From the NCBI GenBank assembly GCA_963750165.1, contig CAVVPN010000012.1, positions 352,001 through 416,000 on the forward strand: a DNA stretch of 64,000 nt, given 5' to 3'. Source of the stretch: an uncultured Gemmataceae bacterium (lineage in GTDB: Bacteria; Planctomycetota; Planctomycetia; Gemmatales; Gemmataceae). This document shows, piece after piece, positions 1-8,986 of this stretch. A program made the position numbers and the translations under genes. Under the pieces are notes generated by a model. The model did not search any database. It worked only from the letters and a program-made list of their open reading frames with translations, and was not told where the DNA came from. Each line of letters starts with the position of its first letter. Position 1 is the stretch's first letter.

Positions 1-3
1 CTC

Positions 4-885
4 ATGAAGTGCTTGAAAGGTCTGCCACAAGCTCGCGGCGCCGTCGCAGCCGTTGTGCTGTTGTTGCTGGGAAGCGTGGCGCACGCCGGACAGATCACCA
101 TTAGCGTCTTTGCCTCGGCGGGGCCCAACCAATTCGGCTCGTCGAGCATCGACGGCTATACCGCCAATGCCATCGCTGGCCTTGAGGGGCAGAGCGGATC
201 GACCCCTCCTCCGTCGCAAGGCACTCCCGGTACGACAACTTATTACAGCACGACCAACTCGATCTCGTACAATCAGATGATCGCCACCGCCTACGACTCC
301 TGGATGGGGCAGACTCCCGGGCCGTTCACCGGCGAAAACGGCAACCGCCTGTATTTCGGCATTGTCATTCACGCGGACCAGTCGATGGGCCCCAACACGT
401 TCAGCCTGGCGCAGCTCAACTTCTCAATTAGCAGCACGGTAGGTGGTGGCATGGATCTGGGCAACCCCCTCCCCAACGGCGATCCCCCTGGCTCCTTTGA
501 TTCGTCGTACGATTACTCGGATTTCAACGGCCGCATCGTCGGCTACAACAGTATCACCAACACGTACATTACGTCCGGATCAGCCGATCAGGCGATCACC
601 GATCTTTTCTACGTCGGTGTCAGCACTGCCTTTGCGCCGGACGACACTGAGTCCATCGCGACGTTCCTGCAGAACAACCCGGCGGCCCTCGACCCCTTTA
701 CCATCACCGGCAGTTACTGGCTCACCAACGGAGACGGCGGGACGGGGGGTGATCTGACCGCCCATGTGTCGGACACCGTGTCGGTCAACAGCGTGCCGGA
801 GCCGACCAGCTGCGTGCTGATCAGCGTTGGTCTGACCTGCCTGGGGGCGTACCGCCTCCGCCGCCGCCGCCAGGCCGCCGCCTGA
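4..885 (+). CDS. PEP-CTERM sorting-domain exported protein
   Basis: Signal peptide (AHA|G), Ser/Thr/Gly-rich body, C-terminal VPEPTS + hydrophobic helix + RRRRR. Confidence 0.9.
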   Translation: MKCLKGLPQARGAVAAVVLLLLGSVAHAGQITISVFASAGPNQFGSSSIDGYTANAIAGLEGQSGSTPPPSQGTPGTTTYYSTTNSISYNQMIATAYDSWMGQTPGPFTGENGNRLYFGIVIHADQSMGPNTFSLAQLNFSISSTVGGGMDLGNPLPNGDPPGSFDSSYDYSDFNGRIVGYNSITNTYITSGSADQAITDLFYVGVSTAFAPDDTESIATFLQNNPAALDPFTITGSYWLTNGDGGTGGDLTAHVSDTVSVNSVPEPTSCVLISVGLTCLGAYRLRRRRQAAA

Positions 886-915
886 CCGCCTCCGCTTTGA
901 CCCGCCGAGTCACGC

Positions 916-968
916 TGACCCCGTTTACGTTTCGCGGTTCCTCCCCGCGCGAAACGTAAACGGGGTCA
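916..968. repeat. REP-like palindrome family A (TGACCCCGTTTACGTTTCGCG...CGCGAAACGTAAACGGGGTCA)
   Basis: 21-bp inverted arms; second copy at 35312-35360; supplies the stop codon of the convergent aas-like gene. Confidence 0.85.
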
Positions 969-3601
969 CGTTTGCAACTGGCCGCGTAACACCTTGTAAT
1001 CCGTCTTGCCGGTGCCCAGCACTGGAATGGCGTCCACCTTGCGCACCTCGTCGAGCCGCATGATGCCGCTGAAGCCCTCCTTGTGCAGCACCGCGTTCGC
1101 CTCGCGCAGCGACAGCGGTTCCGTCGAGAACAGCACAATCTTGCGGCCGCCGTCGCGCTCGACCCCCTCGACGGCGACGCGCGGCCCATCCTGCGTCGGC
1201 GGATACAGCCGGGCAAACGGTTCCTCCAGCGCCGGCAGCGAAATCATTTCGCCGCCGGCCTTCAGGAAGCGCTTCAACCGGCCGCGCAGGAAGATGAAGC
1301 CCTCGGTGTCGATCTCCGCCAGGTCGCCGGTGACGTACCAGCGCTTGCCGTCACACTCCTGGAACGGCGATGGCACTTCGTCGCCGGCGTAACCGGGGAA
1401 AACCGTCGGCCCGCTGACCCAGAGCATGCCCATCTGCCCGGCCGGCAACGGCCGCTGTGTTTCCAGGTCCACGACGCGCGTCTCGATGCACGGCAGTTGC
1501 AGGCCGACGCTGCCGGGCCGGTTGGCGTCCGGCCGATTCACCGCCACGACCGGCGCACATTCCGTGATGCCGTAGCCCTCCAGCACACGTGCCCCCGGCG
1601 CCGCCTGTTTGCAGCGCGTGAACAGCGACTCGGGGCACTTCTCCGCGCCGACGATAATCAGCCGCAGCGAGGCCAGCTTGTCCCCCTCGGCGTGCTCCAG
1701 GATGTAGCTGACGAAGGTCGGCGTGCCGACGAGGATGGTGATCTTGTAGGCGGCGACCTTACGGGCCAGGACGGCGGAGTCGGTCGGGTCGGGGTGGAAG
1801 ACGACGCGCAGGCCGGTGAACAACGGTAACAGGCCGGTGATGGTCAGGCCGAAACTGTGGAACGGCGGCAGGAAGCCCAGCAACGTGTGCTCGCGCGTCA
1901 AGTGCAGGATGGGAATGCAGTGCTGCTGGTCGATCAGAATGTTGCTGTGCGTCAGCGGCACCGCCTTGGGCGCCTTTTCCGAGCCGCTGGTGAACAGCAC
2001 CACCGCGGGCTGCTCCGGGTTGGGCCGCGGCACCTGCTTCAGCACGCCGCCCTGTAACCAGCGCACGCGCAGCAGCGTCCACAACTTTTCCAGGCTGCCG
2101 ATGGTTTGCCGCAGGTCCTCGGCGAACACGAAGTCGGCGCCCGGCACGGTGACGGCGATGCGGTCCAGGAAGCGCCGCGACGTGACGATCTGCTGGACGC
2201 GCATGAGCTGGACGGCGTGGGCGAGGTTGGCGGCCCCGGTCGTCCAGTTGAGCATGACCGGCAGCTTGCCGGCCAGGTGCAGGGCCAGGAACATGATCCC
2301 CGCCGCCGCCGACGCCGGCAGCATCAGGCCGACGTGCTCGCCCTCCAGTTTCTGAAAGCGCTTCGCCAGCAGCAGTACGCCGACCAGCAGTTTGTCATAC
2401 GTCAGCACGCCGGCCAGGTCGTCCGCGACGATCACGTCCTTCGGGTGCTTGAGGGCGCGGCGGACGAACGTCTCGGCGAGGGTGGCGCCCTCGACGGTGA
2501 GCGGGCCGTGGTCGCTGACGGGCGTGAACCAGGCCGGGTCAGGCGGCTTCAGCGCCGTCTTGCGGACCAGGCCCTGGGCCAGCGCCCACATCTCACCAAT
2601 GTTGGCGGGGACCTGTTCGGCGTGGAAGCCGAAGCGCTGCTCCACCTCCAGGCTGAGTTCCATGCGGTCCAGGCTGTCCAGGCCCAGCTGGTCCAGCGGC
2701 GTCTTCGGGTCGAGTTCCTCGGGCCGGGCGTCGCGGCCGAGTTTTTCGAGCAGGAACTGCGTGACGGCGGCCCGGGTCTCCGGCGTGATGCGCTCCAGGT
2801 CCACCTCATCGAGCGAGCCGGGATGCGGGAACGCGAAGGTGCGCGGCCCGAACAGGAAGTGGTAAGGCACATAGGTCGGCGTCTCGCGGCCGTTCGGCAG
2901 GCCCTGGTTGTACCAGGCCTCGAACCACGGGTTGACGGTTTCGCGGTTCAACGGGCTCGGCAGCTGGGCGCGGTCGAGGCGCTGCAGGGTGATGTGGACC
3001 TGGCGGCGCGGCGTGAAGAACAGCAGGTTCGCGAGGACCACCCACAGGCCGTGCAGCAGGCCGGCGCCGAGCGTCGGGTGTATGCCAGTGGGCGCGAAGC
3101 TGAAACTGCTGCCCCAGACGCCGCGCGTCCGCACCAGCAGCACGTCGGCCTCGGGCGCCCCCTGCAGGATGTCGGCCAGGGCACGAGCGCTGCCGAGTAC
3201 CTCCGTGCCCTGGCGCTGGATGCGGCCGGACGGCCACAGAATGTGATTGTGGCCCGCCTTGAGGCCGCCGATGACCGCCTGCACCGCCGCCTGGGCCTGG
3301 TCGCGCGCCGGGCGCTGGCCTGCTCCAGGTCCGGCACACGCAGGGCGTTGAGCGCGTGGGCGAGCAGAGCCATGACGGGGTTGCGGAAGTTGTGGTCGTA
3401 AACCAGCGGCCGCGGCCGCAGACTGGGCCAGAGCGTCGTGATCAGGATGAGTGGGTCCACCAGGCCGGGGTGATTGGGCAGGATGAGGACCGGCTTTTTC
3501 AGCCGGGCAACCTCCTCCCAGCCGTGGACCTGGATGGAGTAGCGCAGCCAGAGGGCGCTTTTGGCGATCAGCCAGAAAAACCAGCGCAGCAGCCAGAGCA
3601 T
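966..3601 (-). CDS. Aas-like acyltransferase / ACP / acyl-ACP synthetase (AMP-binding) fusion, frameshift near 3320
   Basis: N-terminus in ORF 2948..3601 (NHPGLVD acyltransferase motif); remainder in ORF 966..3686 (LGLDSL phosphopantetheine site, FTSGSEKAPK, GYGITE, TGD, GRLKRF, GKTDY). Confidence 0.85.
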
Positions 3602-3641
3602 GCCGAGACTCCTTCACGGCCGACCGGCGGGATGTGCCCGG

Positions 3642-3727
3642 CGAGCGGGGTCGCGTGAGCGCCCCGTGGATGCACGGGGCGCTCACGCAACCCGTGGATG
3701 CACGGGGCGCTCACGCGACCCCGCTCG
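3642..3727. repeat. REP-like palindrome with an internally duplicated right arm
   Basis: CGAGCGGGGTCGCGTGAGCGCCCCGTG / CACGGGGCGCTCACGCGACCCCGCTCG; the unit CCCGTGGATGCACGGGGCGCTCACGC occurs twice in tandem. Confidence 0.8.
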
Positions 3728-3777
3728 TCGGGACCGGGTTCAGGCCGTTCTCGGTGCCCATTGTACCAAAGGCCGCG

Positions 3778-4485
3778 TCACTTGGCCTTCTTTGCCTGCC
3801 TGGCCTTGAACTCCTTGACGTACTTGGCGGGGTCGGCGTTGAACTCACTGCGACAGCCGCTGCAACAGACGTAATAGGTCACGCCCATGTAGGTGACCGG
3901 CGTGGTGCCGAGGCCGCCGCTGACGATGCACTCGGGCTTGCCGTCGCCGCTGGCGAACGAGCCGTCCGCCTTGGTGACGCCGACGCTGTACAACTTGGCG
4001 AAGGTTTCGCGGTCGGCCTTCTTGACCTCCTCGGCATACAGGTAGCGGTTGGCGTGCAGCAGTTTGAACACGAGGCGGCGCGTCTCCCGCTGCTTCTCGT
4101 CGATGCTCTCCAGCGTTAGCACCTTGTCCTTGAGCGTGCCGGTGTAGACGCGCTTTTCCTTCGCGGTGGTCAGCAGGGTCAACTGATACACGCCCTGGTC
4201 GGGCTGGTAGCGGAGTTCGCCGCTGGTGTAGTTTTTGCTCTTGTCGAAGGTGACGGTCAACCAGGCGTCCTTGTCCTTGAACTGCCAGCCCCAGTTTTGC
4301 TCCTCGACCCAGAATTTATTCTTGTTGCTGGCCGGCGTGACGGTAGCGCGCCACTTGCCGATCAGGTCGTTGAACGCCTGCAGCGCTTCCCTGGGCGTGC
4401 GCTTCGTCTGGCCGCCGGCGTCCAGGGTGGTGTGGAGGGCGAAGACGAACAGCAGCGCGGCGGCGCCGACGCGAAAGCACTTCAT
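3778..4485 (-). CDS. Exported YHS-domain protein
   Basis: Signal peptide from ATG 4485; C-terminal CIVSG...YYVCCSGCRSEFNADPAKY YHS motif. Confidence 0.8.
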   Translation of the reverse strand: MKCFRVGAAALLFVFALHTTLDAGGQTKRTPREALQAFNDLIGKWRATVTPASNKNKFWVEEQNWGWQFKDKDAWLTVTFDKSKNYTSGELRYQPDQGVYQLTLLTTAKEKRVYTGTLKDKVLTLESIDEKQRETRRLVFKLLHANRYLYAEEVKKADRETFAKLYSVGVTKADGSFASGDGKPECIVSGGLGTTPVTYMGVTYYVCCSGCRSEFNADPAKYVKEFKARQAKKAK

Positions 4486-4525
4486 ACACGACTCCCCGAA
4501 GTTGGCGGTAGGACGACCGGCTCCA

Positions 4526-4554
4526 ATAATAACTAAACCGGGGCCGGCGGTCAA
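4526..4554 (-). promoter_or_regulatory. sigma70-type promoter TTGACC-N17-TATTAT
   Basis: Near-consensus hexamers with 17-bp spacer about 40 bp upstream of the YHS gene start. Confidence 0.55.
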
Positions 4555-4632
4555 AGTATCGGTGGCCGTCCGGCGGCGACCGATAAAAGAGAACGAATCA
4601 ACCCGCCGGAGCCAACAGGCGGACAGGGCATC

Positions 4633-5742
4633 ATGAGCGACACAACGTCGGCCGACGTGGCGGTGGTGGGCGGCGGCGTCATCGGCTTGTCGATTGCGTA
4701 CTTCCTGGCGAAGGCAGGCGTGCGCGTCGAGGTGCTGGACCGCGGCGACTTCGGCCGTGAGGCCAGCTGGGCGGGCGCCGGCATCCTGCCGCCGGGCAAC
4801 ATGGAGGCCGCGCGCACGCCGTTTGACCGCCTGCGCGCCCTGAGCGGCCAGCTGCTGGCGGAACTGTCGGCGGAGCTGTTGAGCGAAACCGGGATCGACA
4901 ACGGCTACCTGCGCTGTGGCGGGCTAGAGTTGCATGCGCAGGAGGACGACGCGGAGCAGGAGTGGCATGGCGACGGCGTGCGGGTGGAGATGTTGGACGA
5001 GGCCGCCGCCCGGCGACTGGAACCGGAGCTGGCGCCCGGCGTCGGCCCGGCGGTGCGGTTGCCGGACCTGGCCCAGCTGCGCAACCCGCGTCACCTGCAG
5101 GCCCTGGTGGCGGGGTGCGTTCGCCATGGGGTCCGGCTCCGGCCGTATACGCCTGTGGGCGAGATCCTGTTTGATGTTATCGGTGGTGTTGCCGGCAGTG
5201 TCGAAATTCGGGCGAAGCGGATTGTCCTGGCCGGCGGAGCCTGGACCGGCCAGCTGCTGGGGCGGCTTTGTCCGCGAGTCACCATCCGCCCTGTGCGCGG
5301 CCAGATCGTGTTACTCAACACCGGTTGCTCGCTGCTGCGTCACGTGTTGATGTCCGGCCCCCGGTACATCGTGCCGCGACCCGACGGCCGCGTGCTGGTC
5401 GGCTCGACCGAAGAGGATGTGGGCTTCGATAAACGGACAACGGCCGAGGCCATCCGCGATCTACTGGCGCTGGCCGTCGATCTGGTACCGGCGCTGGGGG
5501 CGGCGCCGCTGGAACGCTGTTGGGCGGGGCTGCGGCCGGGTAGTCCCGATGGCCTGCCGTTCCTCGGGCCGGTGCCGTACGTGGACAACCTTTTTGTCGC
5601 GGCGGGACATTTCCGCGCCGGCATCGGGCTGTCGGCGGGGACGGCGCTGCTGATGCGGGAACTGCTGCTCGGGCAGTCGCCGACGTTGCCGCTGGAACCG
5701 TTCGCGCTGAACCGGGCCGCACCGATGGCAAAACGGCATTGA
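4633..5742 (+). CDS. thiO: Glycine oxidase (FAD-dependent)
   Basis: GGGVIG FAD motif, ASWAGAGIL, PVRGQ, WAGLRP, GHFRAGI. Confidence 0.85.
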   Translation: MSDTTSADVAVVGGGVIGLSIAYFLAKAGVRVEVLDRGDFGREASWAGAGILPPGNMEAARTPFDRLRALSGQLLAELSAELLSETGIDNGYLRCGGLELHAQEDDAEQEWHGDGVRVEMLDEAAARRLEPELAPGVGPAVRLPDLAQLRNPRHLQALVAGCVRHGVRLRPYTPVGEILFDVIGGVAGSVEIRAKRIVLAGGAWTGQLLGRLCPRVTIRPVRGQIVLLNTGCSLLRHVLMSGPRYIVPRPDGRVLVGSTEEDVGFDKRTTAEAIRDLLALAVDLVPALGAAPLERCWAGLRPGSPDGLPFLGPVPYVDNLFVAAGHFRAGIGLSAGTALLMRELLLGQSPTLPLEPFALNRAAPMAKRH

Positions 5743-5807
5743 TGCGCCGCCGTGTTCCGGGACACAATGGCACTGGTGCGAGGTCCGATGATAGGCAGTG
5801 CGGTCTA

Positions 5808-6484
5808 TCTTCGCCCCGAAGGGGCGGAACAACTTAGCCCAGGGCAACGCCCTGGGAACGCGGGGGAGACTCATCGGTTTTCGTCCGTGCCCTGAAGAGG
5901 CACAACAAACCGTTCGGCGCGGAGGGTGCTGGGGTGGTGGATCGTGGCGAACCGATGAGTTTGATCCGCACAGGGCTGCGCGACCGACTTCCGCACGGCC
6001 TGAGCTATCCCATTGGCGCTGAGGCGATGAGTCAAGCGCTGGCAGACGTGCCTCAGTTCGGTGAGTTGTGGATCGCTTTCAACAAGCACCTGCTGGGAAT
6101 GGGCATTGACACTCCGGAGCCGCTGAAAGGCTTTCGGCAGGCCTTGGCTGCAAACTGGCATCGAGGAAATTGATCGTTGACCGTGTTCGCCGTCCGCAGT
6201 GATGAACGCGCAGCCGTCCGCGCCTTGCTCATCCCGAACGGGCTGGCGGTCCTTCGGCAATGGCTCCGGGCGGTGCGCCCAGAGACGTGGTTCGTCGGGA
6301 TGCGGAGGCTGGAAGTGGGATACGCCCTCGGCAGTCGGGAATCCGGCTGGCTGGAGAGCAGGGACCACCGTACCCTCACCTGGGGCGTTGTGCCCCTTCA
6401 GGGCACGGACGAAAACCGATGAGTTTACCCGCGTTCCCAGGGCGTTGCCCTGGGCTAAACTGTCCCGCCCCTTCGGGGCGAAGA
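5808..6484. mobile_element. Composite element: ~99-bp inverted REP-like arms (5808-5906, 6387-6484) enclosing a cargo ORF
   Basis: Arms are near-perfect reverse complements, each with hairpins CGCCCCGAAGGGGCG, CCCAGGGCAACGCCCTGGG and GTGCCCTGAAG(A/G)GGCAC. Confidence 0.7.
5955..6422 (+). pseudogene. Cargo hypothetical protein interrupted by an in-frame TGA at 6171-6173
   Basis: ORFs 5934..6173 and 6177..6422 share one frame; the 3' end reads into the right arm. Confidence 0.55.
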
Positions 6485-6669
6485 GGCGAACACCGTGCCC
6501 CGATGACTACGCGGTGGCGGGCGGGGCGCGAACGGCGGCGTTGTGCCACTCCGCGCCTTCTCGACGTGTGAAAAAGTTGGCTCCCTTGGCTCCCTTGGCT
6601 CCCTTGCTGTGAACGACGCAGCCAGACGGTGACTCTCGGTGCCAGGCCATCAGGAACCCGAGCAACCAC

Positions 6670-8454
6670 ATGGAAACCGCGGAGCTGCGCAGTCTGACGG
6701 GTCAGCTGGCCGACGACATCGCCTGGCTGGAGCAGCACTACCGTCGCCAGCCGGAACTGGCCGACCAGGCCGGCCGGCTGCGCTTCGCCGCGGCGCTGGT
6801 GCGCAACTGCATCGGCCCCTTCCTCAACGGCCAGAAATCGGTCCCGCTGCACGTCGCCGTGGTCGGCGGCGCCGGCGCCGGCAAGAGCACGGTCGCCAAC
6901 CTGCTGTCCGGCTCCGTCATGGCCGAGGCCAACCCGCAGGCCGGTTTTACGCGCCATCCTATCGCCTACACCACCTCCAACGGCGCCACCGAATGGCCGT
7001 CGCACCTCGGCTTCCTCGGCCCGTTGCAGAAGATGAGCCGGCCCGGGCCCGCCAGCGTTGATGCCGACGTGTACCAGGTTCGCCGCGTCCTCGGCGAGCA
7101 GGGTGTCTTCACGCTGCTGGAGCACTTCGTCGTCTGGGACTGCCCCGACATGACCACCTGGGCCGCGGAGAATTACGTCTCGCGCCTGCTGGAGATCGCC
7201 GCCCTCGCTGACGTGATCGTCTACGTCGCCTCCGACGAGCGCTACAACGATGAGATGCCGACGCAGTTCCTGCGGATGATCCTGCTGGCCGGCAAGGCGG
7301 TGGTGGTGTGCCTGGTGAAAATGCGGCCGCAGGATGCGCCGGCGTTCGTCGCCCACTTCAAGCAGGAGGTCCTGCAAAAAATCGACGGCGGCGCTGTCGC
7401 GGTGCTGACGATCCCGTTCCTGACGGCCGAACAGCTGGCCGACCCGATCAAGAAGGCGGCCCAGTTCCGCATCCCGCTCTTGAATCAGGTGTCGGTGCTC
7501 GGTTCGCCGCCGGATGTGGCCCGCAAGCGCACGGTGCGCTGCGCCATGAACTACCTGATCACGTCGCAGGATGAGTTGCTGAGCGTGGCCCGCGCCGACC
7601 TGGCGGCGCTGGACACCTGGCGGTTGGCGGTGCAGCGCGGCCAGGTCGAGTTCGACGCCCGCTACCGTCGCGAGTACCTGACCACCGAGCGCTTCCACCG
7701 CTTCGACCAGTCGCTGGCGCGCTTGCTGGAGTTGCTGGAACTGCCCGGCATCGGCCGGCTGCTTGGCGGAGCGCTGTACGTGGTGCGGACGCCGTACCGC
7801 CTGGCGAAGCAACTCTTCCAGAAGGCGCTGCAGCGGCCACAGGCGTCGCCGATGCCGGAGCGGCCGGTGCTGGAAGAGGCGCTGGCTGGCTGGCTGGACC
7901 AGCTGCGCAAGGAGGCGGCGCAGCGCAGCCGGTCGCACCCGGTCTGGAGCCACATCGCCGTCGGCTTCCAGGGCGGTCTGATCGATCTGGCGAAGGCACG
8001 CTTCGAGGAGGGGCTGCGGGCGTTTCAGATGAGCCTGGGCGACGAGGTGGACCGCACGGCACGGGCGATTTACGAGCAGCTGGAGAAGAACCCGGTGGCG
8101 TTGAACACGCTGCGCGGCACCAAGTTCACGCTGGAGGTGGCGGCCATCGCGGGCACGATTATGGCGGGCGGCCTGAACCCGTGGGACTTCGTGCTGGTGC
8201 CGCTGGCCGCGTCGGTGACGCACCAGCTGGTGGAGTTGATGGGCAAGCAGTACGTCGATACACAGCGCGAGCTGGCGCGGGCGCGGCAGCAGGCGTTGGT
8301 GGCGCAGTACGTCTCCGGGCCGCTGGCGGAGTACCTGGCGCAGTGGCCCTCGACGGGCGGCTCGGCGTATGAGCGGTTGAACCTGACGCTGAAGCGCATC
8401 CCGGCGGCGCTGCAGACCGTGGCGGAGGAAATCAACAAGGCGATGGGCGAGTGA
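6670..8454 (+). CDS. Dynamin-like / Era-related P-loop GTPase 1
   Basis: G1 GGAGAGKST, G2 Thr (FTR), G3 DCPD, degenerate G4 (VKMR); long helical C-terminal region with hydrophobic hairpin. Confidence 0.75.
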   Translation: METAELRSLTGQLADDIAWLEQHYRRQPELADQAGRLRFAAALVRNCIGPFLNGQKSVPLHVAVVGGAGAGKSTVANLLSGSVMAEANPQAGFTRHPIAYTTSNGATEWPSHLGFLGPLQKMSRPGPASVDADVYQVRRVLGEQGVFTLLEHFVVWDCPDMTTWAAENYVSRLLEIAALADVIVYVASDERYNDEMPTQFLRMILLAGKAVVVCLVKMRPQDAPAFVAHFKQEVLQKIDGGAVAVLTIPFLTAEQLADPIKKAAQFRIPLLNQVSVLGSPPDVARKRTVRCAMNYLITSQDELLSVARADLAALDTWRLAVQRGQVEFDARYRREYLTTERFHRFDQSLARLLELLELPGIGRLLGGALYVVRTPYRLAKQLFQKALQRPQASPMPERPVLEEALAGWLDQLRKEAAQRSRSHPVWSHIAVGFQGGLIDLAKARFEEGLRAFQMSLGDEVDRTARAIYEQLEKNPVALNTLRGTKFTLEVAAIAGTIMAGGLNPWDFVLVPLAASVTHQLVELMGKQYVDTQRELARARQQALVAQYVSGPLAEYLAQWPSTGGSAYERLNLTLKRIPAALQTVAEEINKAMGE

Positions 8455-8495
8455 CGCCGAGAGGTCTGAACCTGTGGTTCGAAGGAGGTGGACCG

Positions 8496-8852
8496 ATGCC
8501 TCGTTTCTGCGTTGTCATGTTGGCCCTGGGTGGTGTGTTGTTGATTCAAGCACCTGCCGGGGCGGAAGAAAAGATGGTACTGCGAACCTACGAGGTCGGC
8601 CATCTCCTTGACGTGAGATCGACCGGCGACACCAGCCATGACGCGCTGATCCGCCGCATCCTCCGGGCGGGCCCGGCACAATCGTGGGCGGCGAACGGCG
8701 GCAAGGGGACGGTGCAATACTATCCTCTGGGCTTGGTGATCGTGGTACACCAAGGGCCTTCGGTCCACAAGCGGATTCAAGCAGTGCTCGACCGAATGCA
8801 CGAACACCGCCAGGCACAGAATCCCAAAAAAGGACCAGGCAACAAGAACTAG
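8496..8852 (+). CDS. Small exported protein with a stand-alone secretin-N/NolW-like domain
   Basis: GGAGG RBS, signal peptide, pattern RTYEV..LL...SW...GG.G.V......IVV.Q...VH..I..VL..M. Confidence 0.55.
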   Translation: MPRFCVVMLALGGVLLIQAPAGAEEKMVLRTYEVGHLLDVRSTGDTSHDALIRRILRAGPAQSWAANGGKGTVQYYPLGLVIVVHQGPSVHKRIQAVLDRMHEHRQAQNPKKGPGNKN

Positions 8853-8935
8853 AGCGGTTCACAGTTGGGTGTAGCGGAAGTCGCCAGACTTCCGTCCGGT
8901 GCTGCTCGGAAGTCTGGCGACTTCCGCTACACCCA
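8850..8935. repeat. TAGAGCGGTTC MITE-like left end followed by REP doublet (TGGGTGTAGCGGAAGTCGCCAGACTTCCG arms)
   Basis: 29-bp perfect inverted arms 8866-8894 / 8907-8935; end motif overlaps the TAG stop of the upstream gene. Confidence 0.75.
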
Positions 8936-8986
8936 GTCGCAATCTGCAATAATCGGGCTCGGTTTGGCCACGGGTGGGGACTTTCG

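Noticed and set aside
6171..6173. In-frame TGA as selenocysteine or recoding
   Set aside because: Context (RGN*SLTVFAV) is not a redox motif, all other genes use TGA as stop, and a TGG->TGA change or base error is simpler
6577..6606. (TTGGCTCCC)x3 tandem repeat as a contingency locus
   Set aside because: Only three units and intergenic; more likely a lone arm of a 9-bp-periodic repeat
6376..8223. 615-aa antisense ORF, and similar long shadow ORFs (12837..14471, 22503..24329, 29816..31846, 44085..45767, 55290..56849)
   Set aside because: They mirror well-supported genes on the other strand, as expected from GC-rich codon bias, and show no motifs
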